Source: Patescibacteria group bacterium UBA926 (GTDB taxonomy: Bacteria; Patescibacteriota; Doudnabacteria; UBA920). From it: 64,000 nucleotides of DNA. Each line of letters begins with the position of its first letter. Within the stretch, counting starts at the first letter, position 1. Positions 1 to 9,139 of this stretch are shown here, in pieces. The translations under genes and the position numbers were made by a program. The stretch spans positions 31,742 to 95,741 of the forward strand of contig DBDS01000002.1 in NCBI GenBank assembly GCA_002293685.1. The letters run 5' to 3'. The notes beneath the pieces are model-generated. The model was not told where the DNA came from. It saw nothing but the letters and a program-made list of their open reading frames with translations, and ran no database searches.

Positions 1-1127
1 ATCGCCGCCACAGTTTCGCCACCGCCCGCCACCGTATATGCTTTTCGCTTTCCAATTCCACCAATTACTTTAGCTAAAGCCATTGTGCCAGATCGATAGG
101 GTTTTTCCTCAAAATAACCCATAGGTCCATTCCAGCAAACTGTTCCGGCTGTTTGTAAAATTTTGGTATAAGCTAAAATAGTTTTAGGTCCGATGTCGTA
201 TACTTTATCTGTCTGAGATATTTGTGTTAAGTTCTTTGCCACAATCTTGATCCCTGTTCGTTTCTGAGGTGAGTAAACAATTACATCATCGGGAAAAACT
301 AATTTATGTTTTAGATTTAATAATAATTGTTTTGATAACTGGGACCCGGCTTTATCAAGCTGATCACTTCCAACATTATAACCTTTAGCATGTAAAAATA
401 AGTTTGCCAAACCGCCGCCAATCAAAATTTGATCAGCGCGCTTTCCAAGGCTCATTAACGTTTTGGCTTTATCAGAAATTTTTATTCCGCCCATCATTAA
501 CACAAATGGCTTTTTGATTCTTCCAGAAATCAATATATCTAGCGCGGCTATTTCTTTGGAAAGCAATGGACCCGCATAGCTTGGCAAATATTTTGTAATG
601 GCTGAGTTAGAAGCCTCCGCTCTATGAGAAACACTAAACGCATCATTCACATAGACATCACCTAGCTCAGCAAGTTGGCGTGCAAACTTGTCTTGGTTTT
701 TTTCTTCACCTTCATAAAAACGAATGTTCTCGAGCATAACAATATCGGCAGGAGTTTGATGAATCAATTGCTGACGAACAGTGGCATCGGTAAGATCCCC
801 TGTAAACAAAATAAAATGCTTCACTGCGTACTCTGGTAACTTGGCATCAGCTTTAACAAATTTATAGTTCAGTTTTTCTGCTAGTGATTTTGCAATTGGT
901 TCCAGGGATAGCGACTTAACCACTTTCCCTTCCGGTCTTCCTAAATGCGAAATTATCACGAGCTTATTTCCATTTTTTTGAAGTTGCGAGGTGGTAGGTA
1001 AAGCAGCTTGGATTCTGTAATCATCAAGCAGTTTTCCCGACTTATCAATAGACTCATTTAAATCTAAGCGAAGAATTATTCGCTTATTTTTGAGGCTTTT
1101 ATTTGTGGATATCTGCTTTATTGACAA
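1..1127 (-). CDS. pgk: phosphoglycerate kinase. The C-terminus lies beyond the window edge. The start is uncertain: TTG at 1127, or ATG at 1277 which adds a non-PGK-like 50-aa extension.
   Basis: The minus-strand translation has the PGK motifs ISHLGRPEG, ENIRFYEGEEKN, DAFSVSHRA, GGGLANLFL, WNGPMGYFE and GGGETVAA. No in-frame ATG lies near the conserved N-terminus. Confidence 0.85.
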   Translation of the reverse strand, partial: MSIKQISTNKSLKNKRIILRLDLNESIDKSGKLLDDYRIQAALPTTSQLQKNGNKLVIISHLGRPEGKVVKSLSLEPIAKSLAEKLNYKFVKADAKLPEYAVKHFILFTGDLTDATVRQQLIHQTPADIVMLENIRFYEGEEKNQDKFARQLAELGDVYVNDAFSVSHRAEASNSAITKYLPSYAGPLLSKEIAALDILISGRIKKPFVLMMGGIKISDKAKTLMSLGKRADQILIGGGLANLFLHAKGYNVGSDQLDKAGSQLSKQLLLNLKHKLVFPDDVIVYSPQKRTGIKIVAKNLTQISQTDKVYDIGPKTILAYTKILQTAGTVCWNGPMGYFEEKPYRSGTMALAKVIGGIGKRKAYTVAGGGETVAA

Positions 1128-1307
1128 TGTTTCTAAATTATGGTTTAATACAGAGGTCTGAAATTTAGACAAGTCGCGTACCGAAGGAGGTGTTATGGCT
1201 TTTTTTAAATGGATGGCGAATGCCCATGTCGGCGAAGATGCTCTGTTTGTAAGTCCAGGCACAACGATGATAATCATTATCGCAATGCTTGTAACTGGAG
1301 GTGCATT

Positions 1308-1436
1308 ATGGCTAATCGGCTAGATAAGCCGCAAACAACGAGTTGGTTCGAAACTACCTCCCCCAAAACATTCCTGTTCACTCTAGTAGTGTTTGGACTG
1401 GTATTTCTGATCACAATCTTCTACAACATAGCTTAA
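1308..1436 (+). CDS. hypothetical 42-aa single-pass membrane peptide
   Basis: GGAGGTG lies 4 nt upstream of the ATG. The peptide has a hydrophobic C-terminal helix (FLFTLVVFGLVFLITIF). It is followed directly by a hairpin plus T-run. A TTGTAA-N16-GATAAT promoter-like sequence lies upstream. Confidence 0.45.
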   Translation: MANRLDKPQTTSWFETTSPKTFLFTLVVFGLVFLITIFYNIA

Positions 1437-1448
1437 CCTCAAGCCCGA

Positions 1449-1480
1449 CCGAACGCTCCCACGTTCGGTTTTTATTTTTT
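1449..1480 (+). terminator. rho-independent terminator of the small plus-strand ORF
   Basis: Stem ccgaacg / cgttcgg is followed by tttttattttttt on the plus strand. No U-run follows it on the minus strand. Confidence 0.5.
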
Positions 1481-2503
1481 TAAAGTTTTACCAACCAACA
1501 CACACTGCTCTACCAAACGATTAGAGTAACCAAATTCGTTATCATACCATGCAATAACTTTTACCATATTACCACCAACAACTTTAGTTAGAGATAAATC
1601 TACGATTGCAGATGAAGGATTCCCGACGATATCGGAAGAAACGATTTGATCTGTTGTAACCGAAATTCTGTCTTTGTACAAAGGATGATTTGCAGCATCA
1701 GTGAAAGCCTGATTAACTTCTTCAGAGGTAACATCACGCGCCAATAACATAGTAAAGTCAGATAAGCTCCCCACTGGAGTTGGAACGCGAATCGCCATTC
1801 CATCGAACAAACCTTTTAACGCAGGTATAGTTTCGGTCGCCGAAATCGCTGCGCCAGTTGTTGTCGGTACGATATTTGTAGCCGCCGCGCGGGCGCGGCG
1901 CATATCATTACTATGACCACCTGGAGGCGGGCCATCTACTAAGTTTTGCTCTGCGGTATAACTATGAATAGTTGTCATCATTGCTTTCTGAATACCAAAC
2001 TTGTTATGCAAGACATGCGCAACTGGAGCGATACAGTTAGTGGTACACGAAGCATTGCTGATAATTGCTTCATCGGAATACTTGTCTTCATTCACACCAA
2101 GTACGAATGTTTTAGTCATTCCTTCATCTTTTGCAGGAGCAGAGATGATTACTCGTTTTGCACCAGCTTGTAAATGAGCTCCTGCTTTTTCACTATCGGT
2201 AAAGCGCCCAGTACTCTCAATGACGATATCTACATCCAAATCTTTCCATGGTAAAGCACTTGGATCCTTTTCAGCGAGCACAGTGAATTTTTTGCCATCT
2301 ACTATGATATGCTTTTCGTCAAATGAAACTTCTTTTCCATAACGACCATAGTTTGAATCATACTTTAACAATCCAGCTAAGGCTTCTGGGCTAGTTAAAT
2401 CATTAATCCCCACTACTTCTAAGTCATGGTTATCTAATGCAATTTTGAAAGCTTGGCGGCCGATGCGCCCGAAGCCATTGATGGCAATTTTAGTTTTAGA
2501 CAT
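1472..2503 (-). CDS. gap: type I glyceraldehyde-3-phosphate dehydrogenase
   Basis: INGFGRIGR NAD-binding motif and active-site SNASCTTNCIAP; full-length at 343 aa. Confidence 0.95.
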   Translation of the reverse strand: MSKTKIAINGFGRIGRQAFKIALDNHDLEVVGINDLTSPEALAGLLKYDSNYGRYGKEVSFDEKHIIVDGKKFTVLAEKDPSALPWKDLDVDIVIESTGRFTDSEKAGAHLQAGAKRVIISAPAKDEGMTKTFVLGVNEDKYSDEAIISNASCTTNCIAPVAHVLHNKFGIQKAMMTTIHSYTAEQNLVDGPPPGGHSNDMRRARAAATNIVPTTTGAAISATETIPALKGLFDGMAIRVPTPVGSLSDFTMLLARDVTSEEVNQAFTDAANHPLYKDRISVTTDQIVSSDIVGNPSSAIVDLSLTKVVGGNMVKVIAWYDNEFGYSNRLVEQCVLVGKTLKK

Positions 2504-2607
2504 TTGTTTTAAATTAATTTATTCAGATACCTGATTGACAGCGCCCCGCTCTGCGAGACTTTTAGTTTCGGGGATGACCCATTTTTAAGCTTCACCTACG
2601 AAATGGG

Positions 2608-2844
2608 TCAATTTATCGAAGGACTGGCATCGAAAGTTTCGATCTGATACCGTTCGGAGCGTAGGTTCGAGTCTGCACCGCCCCGCGAAGGCGTCGAATT
2701 AGTAAATTCAACATATTCAGCTGACTCCAAAGCCTGAGTTCGCCAATAAAGCACTGAACCAACTGCGGCAATGCCAAAAAATATATAAATTAAAAATCTT
2801 AATCTTACATTTTTATCCCTAAGCGAACCACCTTCAATTGCCAT
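2608..2844 (-). CDS. hypothetical 78-aa protein with one TM helix, tightly coupled downstream of fba. Its 3' half is GC-rich and structured, so coding status is uncertain.
   Basis: ORF-track ORF with a 1-nt gap to the fba stop. TM segment LIYIFFGIAAVGSVLYW. The C-terminal half overlaps a GC-rich region that carries a GGTTCGAGTC T-loop-like motif and an 8-bp hairpin. Confidence 0.3.
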   Translation of the reverse strand: MAIEGGSLRDKNVRLRFLIYIFFGIAAVGSVLYWRTQALESAEYVEFTNSTPSRGGADSNLRSERYQIETFDASPSIN

Positions 2845-2845
2845 A

Positions 2846-3712
2846 TTAATTTACTTGATTAATAGTTTTAAACGCCATGAGTTTTGCTTTCGCTGCTTCT
2901 GTAACTCCGGCTATAGCAGGAGATAAATATTTTCTCGGATCAACTTCATCGGGATGTTCGAGCAATGCTGCTCGTAAATTTTTGGTAAATCCGATACGAA
3001 GTTCGGTATCGATATTAATTATGCTGATACCTGCTTTAATAGCTTGATGAATGACATCGTCCGGTACACCACTCGCACCATGCAAAACAAGTGGCACGGG
3101 AACCAACTCAGCAATTCTTTGAATTCTATCTATATCTACTTTCGCCTCTGCTTCTCCTGTCATCTTTATAATGCCATGAATTGTACCTACAGAACAAGCT
3201 AAAGTGTCCACACCCGTTGCTTCCCAAAATGATTTTGCTTCTTCGGGTTCAGTTAGTAGGCTTTCTCTATCGGACACAGAAACCCAGTCTTCGCTGCCAC
3301 GAATACGTCCGATTTCACCTTGCACCCAAGCTCCTTCTTTATGAGCAAACTGAACCAACTCTTTGGTGTTTTTGATATTCTTATCTAAATCCTCACCAGA
3401 GTGATCAATCATCACCGAAGAATAGCCAAGCTCAATTCCCTGCCGCAGTTGATCAACATCTTTACCATGATCCATGTGAAGAGCGATCGGAACTTTAGCT
3501 TTGATCGCCATAGTTGCCATAACTTCAAAGATTGTTTCAAGACCCGCATATTTAATCGCGCCTTCGCTAGTTTCTAAAATTATTGGAGTATTCAATTCTT
3601 CAGCAGCAGCAATAATCCCCCGAGTGATTTCAAGGTTCATTGTGTTAAACGCGGGATATGCAAATTTCCCGCGGACAGATTGTTCGAATAGTTCTTTAAT
3701 GTGAACGAGCAT
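2846..3712 (-). CDS. fba: class II fructose-bisphosphate aldolase
   Basis: FbaA-family sequence with HMDHG metal-binding region; GAGAGG Shine-Dalgarno about 11 nt upstream. Confidence 0.9.
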   Translation of the reverse strand: MLVHIKELFEQSVRGKFAYPAFNTMNLEITRGIIAAAEELNTPIILETSEGAIKYAGLETIFEVMATMAIKAKVPIALHMDHGKDVDQLRQGIELGYSSVMIDHSGEDLDKNIKNTKELVQFAHKEGAWVQGEIGRIRGSEDWVSVSDRESLLTEPEEAKSFWEATGVDTLACSVGTIHGIIKMTGEAEAKVDIDRIQRIAELVPVPLVLHGASGVPDDVIHQAIKAGISIINIDTELRIGFTKNLRAALLEHPDEVDPRKYLSPAIAGVTEAAKAKLMAFKTINQVN

Positions 3713-3715
3713 ATT

Positions 3716-4096
3716 TTATGTTTGCCTCTCTACTTTATCTGAACTTGGTTTGGAAAAAAGATAGGACATTAAACAACCAACGATATAAGATATAAACGAA
3801 TTTACCGCAATTAATCCTAGATAAACAGGAACATATATTGAGTCATAATAATTTGGTAAATCTGGATCATAAAATAGCCGTGACTGTAAGTTTAAAAACA
3901 AAGAGTCCATGCTAACCAAAGAAAGTCTAAAATCTTCAGGGATAAATATGAGTTCTGGAACGATTAAAAATCTCTGAATACCACAAAGATTCAACCAGCC
4001 AGAAGAAGTACAAGAAACTAATGACCATTCAATAATAACCACAAATAGAAGATAGCTTATTGCAATCAAAACGGCTAATTTAGAAAAATATTTCAT
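3716..4096 (-). CDS. hypothetical 126-aa membrane protein
   Basis: Fits exactly between pfkB-like and fba with 1-3 nt gaps, which suggests translational coupling. Has hydrophobic helices. No recognised family. Confidence 0.4.
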   Translation of the reverse strand: MKYFSKLAVLIAISYLLFVVIIEWSLVSCTSSGWLNLCGIQRFLIVPELIFIPEDFRLSLVSMDSLFLNLQSRLFYDPDLPNYYDSIYVPVYLGLIAVNSFISYIVGCLMSYLFSKPSSDKVERQT

Positions 4097-4097
4097 A

Positions 4098-5138
4098 CTA
4101 ATCTTTCATTTTGCCAACCGCTGCAGCAACTTTTGATTTAATTTTTTCATCTGTCATCTCGATAACCTTGAAATGCTTCTGACGTGTGAGCTTGCTCAAA
4201 ATTTGCTTCTTAGTTAGCAATCCTTCTTGCGGACCAACATGCATTACCACATTTCCAGCATTAACTGGAGCCCATCGCATTGCGTCCTTATGAGTAAGCC
4301 CATTTGCTAAAGCACCAACATAAGCCGTAGTGAAACCATCGCCAGCACCTGTAGCTTCTATGCGAGGTCCTGGAAATTCTGGGATATAATAGTAGCCTTC
4401 CGGACCATAACTGTAAGCCCCCTTGCGGCCATCGGTAATTACCACTGTTTCTGGTCCCATTTTCTGAAGCTTTTTGCTGAGTACTTCAAAATCCTCAGAT
4501 TTTCCAACCCAGCTTTGCGCTTCTTCCTTATTAATAGAGAGCACAGTGGTGCGTTCCAGTATCAATTTATTAAACTTTGGACCTTTACGTAGTTGAAAAG
4601 TTCCTGGATTGAAAGCCAATTTAGCCTTCGTCTTGTCTAAATATTTAGCAAGGTCTTTGTAAATTTTTTCGAAACCAACTCCCATGCTAGTTAGATAGAC
4701 CCAATCGGCAGTTGCTAATTTCGGAAGAACGTACTTACGATGCTCGTGGTATACAAAAATTGTCCGTTCGCCTTCATGGCTCAAAACAGTCGAAGCATTC
4801 GTAGGATGATCTTCATCAATTACGATGTAATCTGTCGCAACTTTTTCTTTACGCATCTTGTGAGTGATTTCGCGTCCACCTGTATCATGAGCGAGTACGG
4901 TATAAAAAGCGGTTTTCAAACCCAGACGACTGGAACCAACAGCAGCATTCGCTGCATTACCAGCAACAGTGCGCGCGAATTTTTGCACAGGTAATTTATC
5001 ACCCCAGCTGATTAGAGCTTTGAGCTGACCATTAATTTTCTTAATCTCAATGTCGTCGACAAACAAAAATGTGTCTATCGTGGGATCGCCGATAGCGATA
5101 ATATCGTATTTAGATTTTGGCATATTTTCTCCCGTCAT
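4098..5138 (-). CDS. PfkB-family (ribokinase-like) carbohydrate or phosphofructo-kinase
   Basis: Ribokinase-fold signatures GAGDGFTTAYVGAL and N-terminal IIAIGDPTIDTF. Lies in a glycolysis gene context. Confidence 0.75.
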   Translation of the reverse strand: MTGENMPKSKYDIIAIGDPTIDTFLFVDDIEIKKINGQLKALISWGDKLPVQKFARTVAGNAANAAVGSSRLGLKTAFYTVLAHDTGGREITHKMRKEKVATDYIVIDEDHPTNASTVLSHEGERTIFVYHEHRKYVLPKLATADWVYLTSMGVGFEKIYKDLAKYLDKTKAKLAFNPGTFQLRKGPKFNKLILERTTVLSINKEEAQSWVGKSEDFEVLSKKLQKMGPETVVITDGRKGAYSYGPEGYYYIPEFPGPRIEATGAGDGFTTAYVGALANGLTHKDAMRWAPVNAGNVVMHVGPQEGLLTKKQILSKLTRQKHFKVIEMTDEKIKSKVAAAVGKMKD

Positions 5139-5240
5139 CCCCGGGCGAGTCGCTTGTAAAGCGGCGAGAACCGGGGATCCACTAGAAGTCTAATGGATTC
5201 CCGGTCGGCCTTCACTTCGTGAAGCCCGCCAGGAATGACA
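5135..5240. repeat. palindromic intergenic element, family-1 variant (GTCATCC...GGAATGAC termini)
   Basis: Terminal inverted repeats gtcatcc / ggaatgac with nested GC-rich hairpins (ccccgggcgag...ccgggg). Confidence 0.6.
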
Positions 5241-5242
5241 TA

Positions 5243-6253
5243 TTATTTCTTAACTTTTCTGTTAATTACTTTTTTTATTGTTTGTTTAATAGACTCAACT
5301 CCCATGCCGTATTTCTCCCATAACTCTTCTGGGGTACCACTCTCACCAAAACTATCATTCATACCAACAAATTCTTGAGGCACTGGATAATTTGTTGCCA
5401 AGCATTCAGCAACTGCGCTACCCATTCCACCATGAATTTGATGTTCTTCGAGTGTTACTACGGCTCCTGTTAATTTGGCAGCCCAGATAATTGTTTCTTC
5501 ATCCAAAGGTTTAATAGTATGAAGATTAATCACAAGAACATGAATATTTTCTTTTTCAAGCTCGATAGCAGCCTTAATACCATTATACAGCAACGGACCG
5601 CAACCAATAAGCACAACGTCTTTACCTTCTTTTAAAATATTGGCTTTGCCAATTGTAAACGGACTATCGGTGGTTGTGATAAGTGGAGTTTTTTCGCGAG
5701 TGAGACGTAGATAATGAGGACCTTTCAGATGTGCGATTGCGGTGGTTGCTTTCGCGGCTTCAATTGAATCGCAAGGCTGAATTACTGTTAGATTCGGTAG
5801 GACACGTGTAATTGCAATATCTTCTAAGGCTTGGTGAGTTGCACCGTCTGGACCAACAGAAACGCCTGTATGAGCTCCTATAACCTTCACATTGGCTTCG
5901 CTATAACAAACCGAAACACGCAGTTGATCCCAATTTCGCCCAGGGCTAAAAGTAGCGTAACTTGCCGCAAAAGGAATTTTGCCGGCGAGTGCTAAGCCTG
6001 CGGCAACGCCCATCATGTTTTGCTCAGCGACACCGCATTCAATAAATCGTTCTGGATACTTTTCCGCAAAAGGAAGCACGCGTGTGCTCTCGGCTAAATC
6101 ACCTGTTAAAGCAACAATGTTTTCGTCTTTTGCACCGAGCTCTAACAACGCCTCGCCGAAACCATCGCGAGTCGCTTTTGTTTCAATATCATTTGTTCCG
6201 ATATCTGGATTCAATTTTTGTTTAGGGTTTAGCATTTTGTCAGTTACAATCAA
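5243..6253 (-). CDS. transketolase, C-terminal (pyrimidine-binding) subunit
   Basis: Split-transketolase C-terminal subunit sequence with PDGATHQALEDIAITR and later domains. Confidence 0.9.
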   Translation of the reverse strand: MIVTDKMLNPKQKLNPDIGTNDIETKATRDGFGEALLELGAKDENIVALTGDLAESTRVLPFAEKYPERFIECGVAEQNMMGVAAGLALAGKIPFAASYATFSPGRNWDQLRVSVCYSEANVKVIGAHTGVSVGPDGATHQALEDIAITRVLPNLTVIQPCDSIEAAKATTAIAHLKGPHYLRLTREKTPLITTTDSPFTIGKANILKEGKDVVLIGCGPLLYNGIKAAIELEKENIHVLVINLHTIKPLDEETIIWAAKLTGAVVTLEEHQIHGGMGSAVAECLATNYPVPQEFVGMNDSFGESGTPEELWEKYGMGVESIKQTIKKVINRKVKK

Positions 6254-6321
6254 TGGTCGAATTATTGTGTTTGAATTTTCATCTTCTGCTGTTTGTTTGC
6301 GAGAAGTATTCCTGCTCCCAA

Positions 6322-6411
6322 TCTTTGTTCAGGCGATTATTATTTACTTGGAACGCTTCCACAGTCCCGAAGGGACGAGGACTAGTGACAAGTGAATAAT
6401 AATCGCCTGAA
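6322..6411. repeat. MITE-like element with a perfect ~17-bp TIR
   Basis: ttcaggcgattattattta ... aataataatcgcctgaa flank a gtcccgaagggac tetraloop hairpin. Confidence 0.6.
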
Positions 6412-6416
6412 CCTAT

Positions 6417-7268
6417 CTATTCATGTTCGCTTTTAATTTTCCCTTGAAGCGTACGTAATTCCTGCAAAGCAATTTTCGCTTCATCTGGTTTCGGCGGTTT
6501 ACCATGCCATTCGTACTTACCTTCCATAAACTCCACACCCTTTCCTGGAATCGTGTGTGCAATAATCACTGTTGGTTTTTCGTAAATTGCTTCAGCTTCG
6601 TGATAAGCATTGATGATTGCCGAAATATTATGACCATCAACTTCAAGTACATGCCAATTAAACGCTTCGTACTTCGCTCGCAAATCGTCGAGTGGCATCA
6701 CGTCTTCAGTATAACCATCAATCTGAATATTATTGCGATCAATAATTGCGGTAAGATTATGTAGCTTCTCTTTTCCTGCCAACATAACTGCTTCCCATGT
6801 TTGACCTTCTTGTTGTTCACCATCGCTCATAACCAAATAGACCCGATTTTTCTGCTTGTTCATGCGAAAAGCTAAAGCTACACCCACTGCTTGAGAAGAA
6901 CCCTGTGATAAAGGACCGCTGGTCGTTTCAATTCCTGGTAATGATAAATTATGAGGATGACCTTGAAGTCGCGTACCTAATTTACGCAAAGTTTTCAATT
7001 CACTGACTGGGAAGTAACCTCGCTCCGCGAGTGTTGCATAAAGCACCGGACAAATATGCCCGCAAGATAAAATTAACCAGTCACGTTCTTGCCAATCTGG
7101 TTTGTGCGGGTCGATATTCATGACATCAAAATACAACGCTGTAAAAACGTCGGCCATATCTAACGGACCAGCACTGTGACCACTCCCCGCTTCTACTAAC
7201 ATCTTGATAATGTTCTGACGAATCGAGTTTGCAGTAAGTTGTAATTCTGTTGATGATAGTTTACCCAT
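6417..7268 (-). CDS. transketolase, N-terminal (TPP-binding) subunit
   Basis: GSGHSAGPLDMADVFTALYF and SDGEQQEGQTWEA motifs. Confidence 0.9.
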   Translation of the reverse strand: MGKLSSTELQLTANSIRQNIIKMLVEAGSGHSAGPLDMADVFTALYFDVMNIDPHKPDWQERDWLILSCGHICPVLYATLAERGYFPVSELKTLRKLGTRLQGHPHNLSLPGIETTSGPLSQGSSQAVGVALAFRMNKQKNRVYLVMSDGEQQEGQTWEAVMLAGKEKLHNLTAIIDRNNIQIDGYTEDVMPLDDLRAKYEAFNWHVLEVDGHNISAIINAYHEAEAIYEKPTVIIAHTIPGKGVEFMEGKYEWHGKPPKPDEAKIALQELRTLQGKIKSEHE

Positions 7269-7902
7269 TGTTTATTGCTTCCAATAATTCTTTATAATTT
7301 TCACCGATATCACCCTGAACTAATGCCGAGCCAACAACACAATCACTTGCACCGGCATCAATTAACTTTGCAATATTTTCTGCATTAACACCACCATCGA
7401 CTTCAATGATAGAGCCATGAGTGTGATCACGTAATTCCATCAATCGCTCAATAGTATCAGGCAACATTTTCTGCCCTTGCTTGCCAGGAATAACAGATAA
7501 CAATGTAAAGTGAGTAATATTGTCTGTATAGTAGCGTAGTACAGAAATGGCTGTTTGGGGCGAAACTGCCAAAGCTGGAATCATTTTTAGTTTTCGGATT
7601 GATTCCAAGGCGGTTTCTAAATCTGTTTCGCTTTCGAATGATTCGTAATGAAGGATAATTTTATCGAACCCCACCTTTTTATAGACCGAAAAATCTTGGG
7701 GATTTTTTACCATGAGATGAGCCTCAAACTGAAGTTTGCTTTTTGGTAATTTTATTTCTCCAACAGATACGGTTTTGGTAGCAACAAATTCCCCATCAGC
7801 GAAATCGACCTGAACAGCTTTAATACCCTTAAGTGCAGTAACTTCCTTAAGCTTGCCCTGGAATTGCTTGGCATTTGTTTCCAATAAAGCAGGAATGATC
7901 AT
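7261..7902 (-). CDS. rpe: ribulose-phosphate 3-epimerase
   Basis: VDFADGEFV, HLMV, LLSVIPGKQGQ and IEVDGGVNAENIAKLIDAGASDCVVGSAL match the RPE fold motifs. Confidence 0.8.
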   Translation of the reverse strand: MIIPALLETNAKQFQGKLKEVTALKGIKAVQVDFADGEFVATKTVSVGEIKLPKSKLQFEAHLMVKNPQDFSVYKKVGFDKIILHYESFESETDLETALESIRKLKMIPALAVSPQTAISVLRYYTDNITHFTLLSVIPGKQGQKMLPDTIERLMELRDHTHGSIIEVDGGVNAENIAKLIDAGASDCVVGSALVQGDIGENYKELLEAINNG

Positions 7903-8348
7903 AAAAATTTTTCTAATCTAGTTATTTTTTGCACGCGTCTCATATGCCTGGTATCAGTTGAGAATGGGGTGTCGAGCCAAGTTTTTACGATTGCTGTAGC
8001 TTGTTTCAAATTTATAAAATCACTTGGCAAGCATAATACATTTGCCATATCATCATTGCGGCTTAAAACGGCCTGCTCGGTATTCCAAACTAAAGCCGCT
8101 CTAACTCCAGAAAATTTGTTAGCTACTATACAAACACCTTGACCGCTTCGACATAATAAAATTCCCAGATTGGTTACTGGATTCTTGGAAACTTGCTTAG
8201 CAACCTTTACGGCGTAGTCCGGATAATCATCGCCGTCTTTATATTTGGTTGGACCTAGGTCCTTAAACTCAACATTCTGCTTCCGAAGAACTGTAAGCAG
8301 CTGCTGTTTAAGTTTAAATCCGCCATGGTCTGATGCAATATATATCAT
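7899..8348 (-). CDS. rpiB: ribose-5-phosphate isomerase B
   Basis: RpiB/LacAB family: MIYIASDHGGF and CRSGQGVCIVANKFSGVRAAL. Confidence 0.9.
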   Translation of the reverse strand: MIYIASDHGGFKLKQQLLTVLRKQNVEFKDLGPTKYKDGDDYPDYAVKVAKQVSKNPVTNLGILLCRSGQGVCIVANKFSGVRAALVWNTEQAVLSRNDDMANVLCLPSDFINLKQATAIVKTWLDTPFSTDTRHMRRVQKITRLEKFL

Positions 8349-8458
8349 AATTTAATCCAAAATAGTAGTAAGTAAACAATAAGTAGCAAGGGAAGGTAAT
8401 AAAAGCAGAGTTTAGAAATAATTGTTCTTTTTACTTACTACTTCTTACTCATTACTTA

Positions 8459-9139
8459 TTAACCAATTATTTTATTGAAATCGTCTGGCAACAAACTGGC
8501 TCCGCCCACTAACAATCCACCGACGTGGTGTTGAGAAAGGAAGCTTTCGCTATTGGTACTATTCACACTTCCCCCATATAATACGCTCTTCACACCAAAT
8601 TTAGTCGTTATATATAGAGCAATTTGTTCAGCATGTTCTGGAGTTGCAGGACGGCCGCTACCAATCGCCCATACTGGTTCGTACGCAACAATTACTTTCT
8701 TTGGATCGATATCTTCCAGATCGGCTGTTAACTGCGAACCCAACACATCTGTCACCTCTAGTTCGTCCTGACTCACCGCGGTACCGTAACCCACGCACAG
8801 AATAGGCGTGATTTTGAAGTGCAACAATGCCTGAAGTTTTTGGTTAATTAACTCATCTCTTTCCCCCATTGTACGTCTTTCACTATGACCAACGATACAA
8901 TACTTCACGCCTAGACTAGAAAGATGGCTAGCAGAAATCTGACCGGTATACGCGCCCTTCACTTGTGGAGATACATCTTGCGCCCCAAGGTGTAGGTATT
9001 TAACTAATGGTAAAAACGCAATTGGCGGACAAAGTACAACTTCATGAGGGCTCACCTGATTAATTTTTTCGGCTAAACCTTCTGCCTCCTTCAATGTTAA
9101 AGGATTGAGTTTCCAGTTAGCGACTATAAGTTTGTTCAT
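8459..9139 (-). CDS. tpiA: triose-phosphate isomerase
   Basis: ANWKLN, GHSERR and YEPVWAIGSG motifs. Confidence 0.95.
   Translation of the reverse strand: MNKLIVANWKLNPLTLKEAEGLAEKINQVSPHEVVLCPPIAFLPLVKYLHLGAQDVSPQVKGAYTGQISASHLSSLGVKYCIVGHSERRTMGERDELINQKLQALLHFKITPILCVGYGTAVSQDELEVTDVLGSQLTADLEDIDPKKVIVAYEPVWAIGSGRPATPEHAEQIALYITTKFGVKSVLYGGSVNSTNSESFLSQHHVGGLLVGGASLLPDDFNKIIG

Noticed and set aside
1209-1307. Longer 75-aa version of the small plus-strand ORF
   Set aside because: The upstream part (MDGECPCRRRCS...) lacks a Shine-Dalgarno and would overlap the pgk 5' region. The internal ATG at 1308 has a GGAGGTG Shine-Dalgarno and gives a clean single-TM peptide.
2641-2700. Possible tRNA, suggested by the GGTTCGAGTC T-loop-like motif
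   Set aside because: The flanking sequence does not form a 5-bp T stem or a 7-bp acceptor stem. No cloverleaf can be drawn, and the motif lies inside a tightly coupled ORF. It is kept only as a low-interest finding.
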